A DNA stretch of 63,302 bases, filler included, from an uncultured Planctomycetaceae bacterium (lineage in GTDB: Bacteria; Planctomycetota; Planctomycetia; Planctomycetales; Planctomycetaceae), in assembly GCA_963976765.1 (NCBI GenBank). It is 6 parts of 6 records of this genome, joined end to end, with 100 filler letters (N's around TTAATTAATTAA, not from the genome) between each part and the next. Parts side by side here need not be neighbours in the genome. Positions count along the whole stretch, not along the records: positions 24,419 to 35,500 come from CAXBME010000067.1; positions 35,601 to 46,090 come from CAXBME010000068.1; 4 more parts are not named here. One strand, written 5' to 3'. Below, piece after piece: positions 32,474 to 41,864 of the stretch (positions are counted from its first letter, which is position 1; each line of letters starts with the position of its first letter). The notes beneath the pieces are model-generated. The model was not told where the DNA came from. It ran no database searches and worked only from the letters and a program-made list of their open reading frames with translations. Both the position numbers and the translations under genes were made by a program.

Positions 32474-33922
32474 ATGGCACGCTACGTTTCTTTGTTGATT
32501 ATTACCGTCCTGATTCTGTGTCTGGGAGCGACTTTCTATCAGGTGCTCGCTCCATTCCTGATGCCGTTATTTCTCGCGGCAATGGCCTCGTTGCTGGTGC
32601 AGCCGATCCTGCGTTACTTCATGCAGCGATGGCCTGATCGAAGGCCTCTCGCGGCGGCGGCCACGACGATCACGTTTCTCGCGCCGATCATGCTGCCGCT
32701 GCTCGCCGGAATCCTGATCGGCGGATATCAGTTGTTAAATCTGGCCAACGAACTGCGGAGCAGCATCCCAAAAGTTCGAGACGTTCAGGCGGCGATTCCG
32801 TCGACGACAGAGAATGCCAAAGCGCTGCTGGCTCGCGAAAAAGACCTCGTCACCCGGTGGGTTATCGACACTACCGACGACGTCCTTGGCGAGCAGGTGA
32901 CGTCGTTTGACATCGATCTGCTCAAGCTGAATGAAACTCAGATTGAGACGCTGAACGAGAACCGCGAGATGCTTAAGGCTGCCCGTGAGACAATCGTCAG
33001 GAACGAGTTCCAGCAGTTTCGGGGCGGCCTCGTCAATCTTGCCGGTGGCGTGGCAGTCCGAACGCTCGGAGTCGTCGGGCGATCTGTCGGGAGTGCCTTC
33101 GAGGCGACCGTCGACCGGACGCTTTCGTTCCTGCAGGCCGTGCTGGCGACGCTTCTCGCGCTGGTTGTATTTACGATGGCTCTGTTTTATTTCCTGGCCG
33201 ACGGCCCAGAGCTGATCGCTGCTGCCCAGGCATTGATTCCGGTCGAACGTGCTCATCAGGACGAACTGCTCAGTAAGTTCGAATCGTCCGTTCGAGCCGT
33301 CGTGCTCGCGACGTTTCTGGCCGCAATCGGGCAAGGGCTCGCGACAGCACTGTGTCTGAAGCTGGCCGGCTTCAACTACTTCTTCGTCCTCCTGGCTCTG
33401 TCAACTTTCGCTGCGCTGGTTCCGATGGCCGGTACCCCTCTCGTTTGGATTCCAGCCGTTTTCTGGTTGAGCATCGAAAGTAACTGGGGAGCTGCCATTT
33501 TCGTCGCCGCCTTCTGCCTCATCGTCGTCGGATTTCTCGACAACGTCATTCGGACGTGGGTCTTGAAAAGCGACACCAGCCTCCATCCATTGCTTGCTTT
33601 CGTAAGCGTACTTGGAGGTCTGCAGGTCATGGGGCTGTGGGGCGTTTTCATTGGTCCTATCGTTGCGTGCTGTCTTCACTCTCTGGTTGAAATCTTCAAT
33701 TCCGAGCTCAAATCCGCGACAGAGTTTTCAAGTATTCCTGGATCAGCCGATGCAAAGGCGGGCGACTCAAGTGCAGAGATCGCAGTAAGCATTGAAACTC
33801 CAGCGGAAGAGCAGCCTGAAGATGTCTCAATCGAGAGACCTGAGTCGTCTCAGGCCGCCGACGATAAATCCGGCAGCGCTGCGTCGGCCGGGCAGCCTGA
33901 TCGTCCGTCAGAGTCCCCGTGA
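32474..33922 (+). CDS. AI-2E family transporter
   Basis: Multiple TM segments, LFYFLADG, DNVIRTW, LHPLLAFVSVLGGL..GLWGVFIGP. Confidence 0.88.
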   Translation: MARYVSLLIITVLILCLGATFYQVLAPFLMPLFLAAMASLLVQPILRYFMQRWPDRRPLAAAATTITFLAPIMLPLLAGILIGGYQLLNLANELRSSIPKVRDVQAAIPSTTENAKALLAREKDLVTRWVIDTTDDVLGEQVTSFDIDLLKLNETQIETLNENREMLKAARETIVRNEFQQFRGGLVNLAGGVAVRTLGVVGRSVGSAFEATVDRTLSFLQAVLATLLALVVFTMALFYFLADGPELIAAAQALIPVERAHQDELLSKFESSVRAVVLATFLAAIGQGLATALCLKLAGFNYFFVLLALSTFAALVPMAGTPLVWIPAVFWLSIESNWGAAIFVAAFCLIVVGFLDNVIRTWVLKSDTSLHPLLAFVSVLGGLQVMGLWGVFIGPIVACCLHSLVEIFNSELKSATEFSSIPGSADAKAGDSSAEIAVSIETPAEEQPEDVSIERPESSQAADDKSGSAASAGQPDRPSESP

Positions 33923-34075
33923 TTTACGCCGATTTCTGACGATTTCGCTTCGCTACAGAGTCCTGTTCGGCGGAGCTATACTCCCGCACTTCACAGGGTG
34001 AGGTCTCGCGAAGGAGTACGTTTTTCGCCTGATGCCCGGTTCTCGAATCACGTTCAGAAGAAAACAGTTCGAATC

Positions 34076-35365
34076 ATGAAGGTTCTCGTAGTCGGCCAGG
34101 GCGGCCGCGAACACGCCCTCCTCTGGAAACTCAAGCAATCACCTTCGGTCGACGAAGTTTTCTGTGCTCCTGGAAATGCTGGTACGGCAGCTGACGGCGT
34201 GAACGTCAACATCGCCGACAACAATATTCACGAACTCGTCAAGTTTGCCGTTAAAGAAAAGATCGGTCTGGCGGTCGTCGGACCGGAAGTTCCGCTATGT
34301 GCCGGAATCGTCGACGCCTTTGAAAAGGCTGGTGTCAAAGCATTTGGCCCATCGAAGGCGGCAGCCCAGCTCGAAGGCAGCAAGATTTTCGCCAAACAGG
34401 TAATGCGTCGAGCAAATGTGCCGACCGCTTCGGTGGAAATCTTCAGCCGAGCCGAGGAAGCCATCGGCTGGCTCGACAAACAGGAAGATGCTCCGTGGGT
34501 GGTGAAAGCTGACGGCCTTGCTGCCGGAAAGGGGGCGATCGTCTGCGCCGACCGCAAAGAAGCTATCGATGCCGTGAACCTCATTCTTACTCAGCGGGAA
34601 TTCGGCGCCGCCGGTGACCAGCTCATTATTGAAGAATGTCTTGTTGGGCAGGAAGCCAGTATCCTGGCTATCGTCGACGGCACGACGATCATTCCTCTGG
34701 AAACATCGCAGGATCACAAACGAGCCTACGACAATGACGACGGGCCAAACACTGGCGGGATGGGGGCTTACTGCCCCGCACCCCTCGTCACCCCGGAGCT
34801 GATGGACGAGATTCTTGAAAAAGTCCTGCTGCCAACCATCCATGCGATGAACACCGCCGACACGCCGTTTCGGGGAATTCTTTACGCGGGAATCATGCTC
34901 ACTGAAACAGGCCCAAAAGTTCTGGAGTACAACGTCCGGTTTGGTGATCCGGAATGTCAGCCAGTCCTCATGCGGCTTAAGTCAGACCTCGCCCAAATCC
35001 TGCTCGCTGCCGCCGAACACCGTCTCGAAGAAGTCGAGCCACTGGAGTGGGATCCCCGCCCTTCGATCTGTGTTGTCATGGCTTCCGAGGGGTACCCAGC
35101 CTCGTATGAGAAAGGCCGCCCTATCACCGGTCTGGACGCAATCGCCGGAGGGGAAGATGTCAAAGTCTTCCACGCCGGTACGAAGCTGATCAACGGAAAG
35201 GTGGTCAACAACGGAGGCCGGGTTCTCGGCGTCACCGCCTTGGGGGATGACCTCGCCGCCGCCAAATCAAAAGCCTACGAAGCCGCCCATAAAATCAAAT
35301 GGGAAGGCGGATGGTTTCGCAACGACATTTCCGACAAGGCGTCCTTTTCCGAGGGGCGGGTCTAA
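34076..35365 (+). CDS. purD: Phosphoribosylamine--glycine ligase
   Basis: MKVLVVGQGGREHAL, VVKADGLAAGKG, QDHKR, GPNTGGMGAY, EYNVRFGDPE. Confidence 0.97.
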   Translation: MKVLVVGQGGREHALLWKLKQSPSVDEVFCAPGNAGTAADGVNVNIADNNIHELVKFAVKEKIGLAVVGPEVPLCAGIVDAFEKAGVKAFGPSKAAAQLEGSKIFAKQVMRRANVPTASVEIFSRAEEAIGWLDKQEDAPWVVKADGLAAGKGAIVCADRKEAIDAVNLILTQREFGAAGDQLIIEECLVGQEASILAIVDGTTIIPLETSQDHKRAYDNDDGPNTGGMGAYCPAPLVTPELMDEILEKVLLPTIHAMNTADTPFRGILYAGIMLTETGPKVLEYNVRFGDPECQPVLMRLKSDLAQILLAAAEHRLEEVEPLEWDPRPSICVVMASEGYPASYEKGRPITGLDAIAGGEDVKVFHAGTKLINGKVVNNGGRVLGVTALGDDLAAAKSKAYEAAHKIKWEGGWFRNDISDKASFSEGRV

Positions 35366-35440
35366 GAAGGAACGCAACGTCGCTAAGCCCTCGACCACGC
35401 TAACCAAAGGGGCAAGTAGCCCGGAAACGTTTGCAACACT

Positions 35441-35500
35441 TGTAATGCCCCCGATTTCTGTACCACGGCTTATGAGAGTTCGGGTTGGGTAAGGGGTTGA
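35441..35500 (-). mobile_element. Right end of an IS3-family element (matches 1-55)
   Basis: TGTAATGCCCCCGATTTCTGTACCACGGCTTATGAGAGTTCGGGTTGGGTAAGGG is essentially the reverse complement of positions 1-55. Confidence 0.72.
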
Positions 35501-35600
35501 NNNNNNNNNNNNNNNNNNNNNNNNNNNNNNNNNNNNNNNNNNNNTTAATTAATTAANNNNNNNNNNNNNNNNNNNNNNNNNNNNNNNNNNNNNNNNNNNN
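35501..35600. other. Artificial contig linker
   Basis: N44-TTAATTAATTAA-N44. Confidence 0.98.
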
Positions 35601-35887
35601 GTGACCTGGACGAAACTGAAGCCGAACATGCTCTTGCCGCGGACGTTCTTCGCGCCAGGGACGGCCTGCAGAGCGACCGACAGCGGATACGTGATCTGGT
35701 CTTCCATGTCGCGCGGCGACCGGCCATTCCACTCAGTCAGGACGATAACCTGGTTCTCACCCACGTTGGGAATCGCGTCCAGCGGTACCTTCTGAGTGGA
35801 GTAATAGCCAAAGCCGATCATCGCGACCGAAGCGATCAGCACGACGAGCCGCTCGCGAATGCAGAAATCGAGGATGCCTCTAATCAT
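35601..35887 (-). CDS. CusA/CzcA-family RND permease, N-terminus (cut by contig end)
   Basis: PLDAIPNVGENQVIVLTEW.GRSP..MEDQITYPL, SMFGFS. Confidence 0.88.
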
Positions 35888-38136
35888 TGGACCGCTCCCT
35901 CTGTTCGCGAAGCCTGACGGACTGTCGAGGTTGCTGACTTCGGTGTTCTGGCAACGTCCGGCTGGAACACGGGCGGAGCGAGTGTGCCTGGCTGAACTTT
36001 GACCGCCTGATCAGTCGTTTCCACAGGTCGAAACACCGGGGCCTGAGGCTGCGGTGTCGGCAGCAGCTCTGGTTTGCGAGGGCTGGAGTCTGGCAAAGGC
36101 CCCGACGTCTCGGGCGTTTGAAACACAGGTGGTGGCGGAGAGTCCGGTCCGACCGACCGTGGTACGGGCACGGGGACCACTTCATCGCCGACCTCTGGAC
36201 TCGAAACACTCGACTCTCGATTCGCCAGGACTGCGAGGTACTTGTCCGGCTCGGCCAGCAGGTCTTTGCGACAAGCTTCGCAGCAGATGAAGACGGGCTT
36301 GCCGTTGACGTCCACCTTCGGAGGCGCGCCCATTGCACCCAGCAGATAGCCTCGCACCGGACAGACCTTCTGGCTCTCGGCGAGTGGTCGATCGTCGTCT
36401 GACAGTTCGGCCAGGGCTTCGATCATGTCGGGCGTCAATGGCTGATCGTACGGCGACGCTTCCTTCATCGGCTCCACACGCGTCGGATCGATCAGCGACG
36501 GGTTACCCGCGAGCTGCATCTGGGAGTCGATCAGGAAGTTGCCGCGTGTCGCGACCAGTTCACCCAGCTTCAGGCCGCTGCGAATCACAAGCTGATCGCC
36601 GCAATTCGGACCGAGCACCACGCGACGAATCTCGAAGCGACCCGGTTCGTTCTCGACGTAGACGACACTGTTTTCGCCAGCCATCAGGACTGCGTCCCGG
36701 GGAATCATCAACGCTTCTGCACTGAGGCTCGGCTGATCGGTAAAACCAAACTGTGCTGAGGGGACCAGGTCGATGCCGCACACCGGGCAGTCGCCGGCAG
36801 CGTCAGCCACAACGTGCGGATGCCGTGGACTGATCCATTTGTTGGCCAGTTCCGGGTCAAAGACGAGTGTCTCGGTCGCGTCGGACAGCGGGACGTCGAT
36901 CGTCGCTTTGGCGTAATCGCCAACGCGGAGCACGCCTTCTTTATTCGGAATGACGACTCTCACTCCAACGGTTCGAGTCTTCGGGTTGACGTGAGGATCG
37001 ATGAACGCGACGCGACCTGCAAAGGTACGATTGGGCAGAGACTGCACCTGCGCGTCCACCTTCTGTCCGTAGCGAATGGTCGCCGCGTCTTCAGGGAAGA
37101 GTTCCAGCATCAGCCAGACGGTCGACAGATCAGCCACTTTGAAAAGTGCCTGGCCTTCTTTGACGTACTCGCCTTCGTCAGCCAGTTTCTCGATGACCGT
37201 GCCGCTGATCGGAGCACACACGTGAAGCCGGCTGTTAGCCTCGCCAACCTTCTCAAGATCTGCAATCTGCTCCACCGTCATGCCGAGTTCGATCAGACGC
37301 TCTTTGGCACTGCCGTAGAGGTCCTCGCCACTGCCGATAATACGCTGGACTTTCTCGGAGCGGTTTTCGTTGCGGGCCTGTTTCGCCAGCAGCAGTTCGA
37401 CCTGACCGGAGTACAGCCGCGGCGAGTACAGCAGCGCCAGATTGTCGCCTTTCTTCACCACCATGCCGGTGTAATCCGCGTACAGACGGTCGAGCCGGCC
37501 ATCGACATAAGCCGAGATGGTCCGCTCGGTCCCTTCGTCATAATTGAGTTCGCCAATGGCTCGAATCGTTCGCGTCATGGGCATTGATGTGACGGCGACA
37601 GTCTGGATATTGGCGACGCGACGTGATGCGGGATCAAGATGAATCGACTGCGAATCCGAATCACCACCACCCGACGACGCCGGCACGAGTTCCATCGCAC
37701 AAACCGGGCAGCGTCCCGGCTCGGACTGCGGCGGAGTACACATCATCGGGCAGATGTAGCGAGTTTCTGCCGCACCCCCACCAGCGTGCGAATGTCCGCC
37801 ACCTCCACCAGCCGTGATGAATCCATATTTCTGCGCGACGCCCAGCAGCACGATCACGAAGACGCCTGCGGTCAGAAAGAGCAGCGGCTGGATCAGCATC
37901 GATCGCCACAGACTCCCGGTGGACTCTGACACTTGAACCACGGGAGTGATTGGTTCAGACACCGATGGCGGGGATGTATCCGCTGTCGGTCCTGCCGTGG
38001 CATTTGACGCAGATGCCGGTGTCGTCTTGTCTAAAGACTCCGGCGAAGGCGGACCTGCAGCGTCTGTCGCGACTGTTGCGTTGGTTGGAGGCAGATCGGG
38101 CTGCTGGCCGAAACCACTGGGAGTTTTCTGTGACAT
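35884..38136 (-). CDS. CusB-like heavy-metal efflux periplasmic adaptor with extra metal-binding domains
   Basis: YICPMMC..CPVCAMEL, MFP core (GRVAFIDP...TRTV.VR), CPVCGIDL, and C-terminal CPV...FICCEAC (YHS/TRASH-like). Confidence 0.88.
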   Translation of the reverse strand: MSQKTPSGFGQQPDLPPTNATVATDAAGPPSPESLDKTTPASASNATAGPTADTSPPSVSEPITPVVQVSESTGSLWRSMLIQPLLFLTAGVFVIVLLGVAQKYGFITAGGGGGHSHAGGGAAETRYICPMMCTPPQSEPGRCPVCAMELVPASSGGGDSDSQSIHLDPASRRVANIQTVAVTSMPMTRTIRAIGELNYDEGTERTISAYVDGRLDRLYADYTGMVVKKGDNLALLYSPRLYSGQVELLLAKQARNENRSEKVQRIIGSGEDLYGSAKERLIELGMTVEQIADLEKVGEANSRLHVCAPISGTVIEKLADEGEYVKEGQALFKVADLSTVWLMLELFPEDAATIRYGQKVDAQVQSLPNRTFAGRVAFIDPHVNPKTRTVGVRVVIPNKEGVLRVGDYAKATIDVPLSDATETLVFDPELANKWISPRHPHVVADAAGDCPVCGIDLVPSAQFGFTDQPSLSAEALMIPRDAVLMAGENSVVYVENEPGRFEIRRVVLGPNCGDQLVIRSGLKLGELVATRGNFLIDSQMQLAGNPSLIDPTRVEPMKEASPYDQPLTPDMIEALAELSDDDRPLAESQKVCPVRGYLLGAMGAPPKVDVNGKPVFICCEACRKDLLAEPDKYLAVLANRESSVSSPEVGDEVVPVPVPRSVGPDSPPPPVFQTPETSGPLPDSSPRKPELLPTPQPQAPVFRPVETTDQAVKVQPGTLAPPVFQPDVARTPKSATSTVRQASRTEGAVQ

Positions 38137-38435
38137 GATTGCTTCCTCGATTCGACATCAAGCGATGTGACGTCCCGTCTCAAGACAGGCAGTCGCCGAG
38201 CGTTGATCCCTTTGCGTCACCACGGAGCAGGCGGCTTCAGGCGAAGCGCGTTACGCAACCGGACGTGGTGGTAGACAGCAGAGTGCGGCAAGCGGGCCGA
38301 GTGACCGGACGGTGCGTATCTGCAACGCGACTGGAGCCTCGCGTCGGCAACGTTGTGTCCCCAACTATCAGAGTCGTGACACCGCTCAGATCACCGTCCC
38401 GCCTGACACACTGTGTGGGCGGGAACAGAGACGGC

Positions 38436-38924
38436 TCAGGTTTGCCACGTGCAGAAAAGCACCTGCACGGAACGCGGAACCGTATTGAGGAGCGACAACT
38501 GGCAGGTCATGCGACCAGTCAGAACATCAATGGCCGGTGCCGGTTCGGCAGCTACGGCCACATAAGCGTAAACCGGGATCAATCGGAGCTGCGTGTCGCT
38601 GTCAGTCGGAGGGGCAACGGGAGCCGGCTTCGACGGGGTGCAGTGGCAGACGCAGCTTTTGTCCGTCGATTGTGTCGAATGGCAACATGAGCTGACCTCG
38701 ACGTCTGGACCTGCCGATTGGCAACACGCATGACTACTAACACCCGTCTGTCCGATCTTCGTCTGACAGCAGCAGCCCACTGACCCGTAAGACGTCGACG
38801 ACTCCGAGCAACAACTCCCGCTTACACCGCACTCACCGACCGGCATTATAAATGCCGTCTGCACCAGCACGGCAATTGCCAGTGCTGCTCGCAGAATCCG
38901 GTGGGTGATGGAACGGGCCGTCAT
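38436..38924 (-). CDS. Cys-rich exported/leader protein upstream of cusBA
   Basis: 162 aa with an N-terminal hydrophobic helix, 15 Cys (CC, CCC, CxCxC clusters), a Pro-rich linker and C-terminal LFCTWQT. Confidence 0.7.
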   Translation of the reverse strand: MTARSITHRILRAALAIAVLVQTAFIMPVGECGVSGSCCSESSTSYGSVGCCCQTKIGQTGVSSHACCQSAGPDVEVSSCCHSTQSTDKSCVCHCTPSKPAPVAPPTDSDTQLRLIPVYAYVAVAAEPAPAIDVLTGRMTCQLSLLNTVPRSVQVLFCTWQT

Positions 38925-39386
38925 GATCTGTGATTCTTGTCTGTGAGTGTGCTGAAAAGAGTCTCGGTCAGACGTTGATGGCTGAGTTATCTTCGGGACT
39001 ACAGAACTCATCGGAACCGCCCATCGATTTCGATAAGTGAATTCTGGCGATTTGCTGACCTGCTTTGCGATCTGGATGCCGAAACAACGCAAGCCCACTG
39101 GTTTTTCTATGAATACGTCGCGGATTGCTTTTACGAAAAAACTCTGACGACACAAAGACCAGTTTGCAGCAGTCAATTGCAGTGCCCGGAACCGCTCCGA
39201 CAGAGGGGCGTATTCGCCCTTTAAGTGAGCGGATGCGACCAGGAATCCCGGCCGATTCAAGCGCTTTTCGTACTGGGACAGACACCGGAACGATCTTTCG
39301 ATCGATGCAGACAGATCGATCCGCATCCGGCATGATGGTTGCGTATACGACCGCGTTCACAACGAGACTCTCAAGGCAACAGGAAC

Positions 39387-41792
39387 ATGCTGATGGCATC
39401 AGAACATACCGACCGCGGAGTTCGTGGAATGGTTATTTCATCGCGTTTCAAACTGGTGGCGAAGTTCGGGCTGGTGTTTGCGTTGGGAATTGCGTCTCAC
39501 TGGCTGTTCTCCGGCACAGCGGCGAGCACGGGAGGCCAGACAGAGTCAACTGGTCACGACCACAGCGAGGCAGGTCCGACGAAGTGGACGTGCTCGATGC
39601 ACCCGCAAATCATTAAGGACGGACCGGGCAAATGTCCGTTGTGTGGGATGGAACTCATCCCGCTCAAGATGGGTGGCGCGAAAATGACCGGTCAGCGGCA
39701 ACTGGTCGTCAGCCCTGCCGCACGAGCCCTGATGAACGTGCAGGTGATGCCCGCCGAACGGCGAGTCGTCGAAACGACGGTCCGGATGGTCGGCAAAGTC
39801 GATTACGACGAAACACGCTTCAAATACATCACGGCCTGGGTCTCCGGTCGGCTGGATCGGCTGTTCGTAGATTACACCGGCGTGAGCGTCGAGAAGGGCG
39901 CGCACATGGTCTACATCTACAGCGAAGAACTGTACGCCGCCCAGCAGGAACTCATCGAAGCCCTGAAATCATCGCGTGAGCAATCCGAGACCGGGCGGAA
40001 CTTCTTCAACACCGGGGGCATCGATCTGCTGGAGTCCGCTCGCGAGAAACTCCGCCTGCTGGGGCTGTCCGCGGAACAGGTCGCGGAGATCGAGACGCAG
40101 TCGAAACCGGAAGATCACACGCTGATCAACTCATCGCTGAGCGGGATCGTGATCGAAAAGCTGAAACAGGAGGGCGATCGTGTCCGCGTGGGCGAGCGAA
40201 TTTATACCGTCGCCGACCTCAGTCAGCTCTGGGTCAAAATGGATGCGTATGAGTCGGACCTGATCTGGCTGCGCTACGGTCAGAACGTCACCTTCACAAC
40301 AGAGGCGTACCCGGGCGAGGAATTCCACGGCCGCGTGGCGTTCATTGATCCGGTCCTCGACGAGAAAACCCGCACGGTCAAAGTCCGTGTGAATGTGCCG
40401 AACGCTGACGGGCGACTGAAACCGGAAATGTTTGTACGGGCGATTGTGAAGGCGAAAATCGCGGCCGGCGGACGCGTCGTCGATGCCAGTCTCGCCGGGA
40501 AATGGGTCAGCCCGATGCATCCGGAAATCGTCAAGGACGAACCCGGTCCGTGTGATATCTGCGGAATGCCGCTCGTCCGGGCCGAGTCACTGGGTTACGT
40601 CTCGGTCGATGCGGCTGGCCGCGGAGAAACCGCGCTGGTGATACCGGCCTCCGCTCCGCTGCTGACTGGAACGCGGGCGATCGTCTATGTCGAGCTGCCG
40701 GATACGAAGGAACCGACATTTGAAGGCCGCGAGATTGTGCTCGGCCCGCGCGCCGGCGACTACTATCTGGTGAAGCACGGCCTGAGCGAAGGCGACCTGG
40801 TCGTCACCTCCGGCAACTTCAAGATCGACAGTGCTCTGCAGATTCAGGCGAAGCCCAGCATGATGACGCCCGAAGGCGGCGGTGGTGGCGGCCACGATCA
40901 CGGTGGCGGAGCAAAGAAAGCCGCCACGGGAGAACCCGCCGCGACCGTCGACCTGCCGATCTCCGTGCGCCGGAAGCTGGAGCAGATTGGTGAAGCGTTC
41001 AAAGTCATCCAGACGGCGGCAGAGGGCGATGACCGTGAAGCGATCCGTTCTGCCTGGCGCAACTTCGGACGGCTGGTGCAGTCCATCGACGCGGACAGTC
41101 TGACGGGGCATGCGAAGATGGTGTGGAAGGAACTGTCGATGCTGCTGGTCAATGATGCGGTCGAGGGCCTTGAAGTCGTCGATGTCGCCGCAGCCCGTGA
41201 ACTCCTGGTCGGCACGAACCGAACCATGGAGCGGCTGGATCTGTCGCTGGGTCTGTCACACGCCGGTCATGTTCCGCAGCAGTACGACGTGCCGGACGAC
41301 TTCCGCCATCAGCTCGCCGCCGTCTGGCAGACTTATCAGCAGATCGGTGCAGCTCTGGCCGGCGACGACCTCGAGAAATCTCTCACAGCGGCGGCCGGTT
41401 TGAAGGCCAGTCTTGCCGCCGTGGACATGAAACTGTTGACAGACGCGGCTGCTCACAATGCCTGGATGCGCGAACTGAAGGACCTGCAGAAGATCACTGC
41501 GAGTCTGATCGCAGCGAAAGACATCAAAACGCAACGCGGACACTTTGCATCGCTGAGCGGAGTCACACAGGTGCTGGCCATGTCGTTCGGCTTCGGCGAG
41601 TCCACTCCGGTGTTCCAGCACCACTGCCCCATGGCCTTTGGTAACAAGGGAGCCATCTGGCTGCAGCTTGATGACAAGTCTCGCAACCCGTACTTCGGCT
41701 CCACCATGCTGAGCTGTGCCGATCGCGTCGAACAGATCGGCGGCACCACACCCGACTCAGACATTGATCCGCACGCTGGCCACAAGCATTGA
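39387..41792 (+). CDS. CusB-like periplasmic adaptor with heavy-metal-binding and DUF3347-like domains
   Basis: WTCSMHP..CPLCGM, SPMHP..CDICGM, MFP core, HCPMAF..GAIWLQ...NPYFG..ML.C, and His-rich patches. Confidence 0.9.
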   Translation: MLMASEHTDRGVRGMVISSRFKLVAKFGLVFALGIASHWLFSGTAASTGGQTESTGHDHSEAGPTKWTCSMHPQIIKDGPGKCPLCGMELIPLKMGGAKMTGQRQLVVSPAARALMNVQVMPAERRVVETTVRMVGKVDYDETRFKYITAWVSGRLDRLFVDYTGVSVEKGAHMVYIYSEELYAAQQELIEALKSSREQSETGRNFFNTGGIDLLESAREKLRLLGLSAEQVAEIETQSKPEDHTLINSSLSGIVIEKLKQEGDRVRVGERIYTVADLSQLWVKMDAYESDLIWLRYGQNVTFTTEAYPGEEFHGRVAFIDPVLDEKTRTVKVRVNVPNADGRLKPEMFVRAIVKAKIAAGGRVVDASLAGKWVSPMHPEIVKDEPGPCDICGMPLVRAESLGYVSVDAAGRGETALVIPASAPLLTGTRAIVYVELPDTKEPTFEGREIVLGPRAGDYYLVKHGLSEGDLVVTSGNFKIDSALQIQAKPSMMTPEGGGGGGHDHGGGAKKAATGEPAATVDLPISVRRKLEQIGEAFKVIQTAAEGDDREAIRSAWRNFGRLVQSIDADSLTGHAKMVWKELSMLLVNDAVEGLEVVDVAAARELLVGTNRTMERLDLSLGLSHAGHVPQQYDVPDDFRHQLAAVWQTYQQIGAALAGDDLEKSLTAAAGLKASLAAVDMKLLTDAAAHNAWMRELKDLQKITASLIAAKDIKTQRGHFASLSGVTQVLAMSFGFGESTPVFQHHCPMAFGNKGAIWLQLDDKSRNPYFGSTMLSCADRVEQIGGTTPDSDIDPHAGHKH

Positions 41793-41864
41793 TCCACTTG
41801 GCACGACCGATCGCTACTTTCCACTTTCGCCAGCTCACTTTGATAATCTGCAACGGTAACTACC

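Noticed and set aside
41800..41816. Sigma-54 promoter before cusA (TGGCACG...)
   Set aside because: GG-to-GC spacing is 11, not 10, and the site is inside an operon gap.
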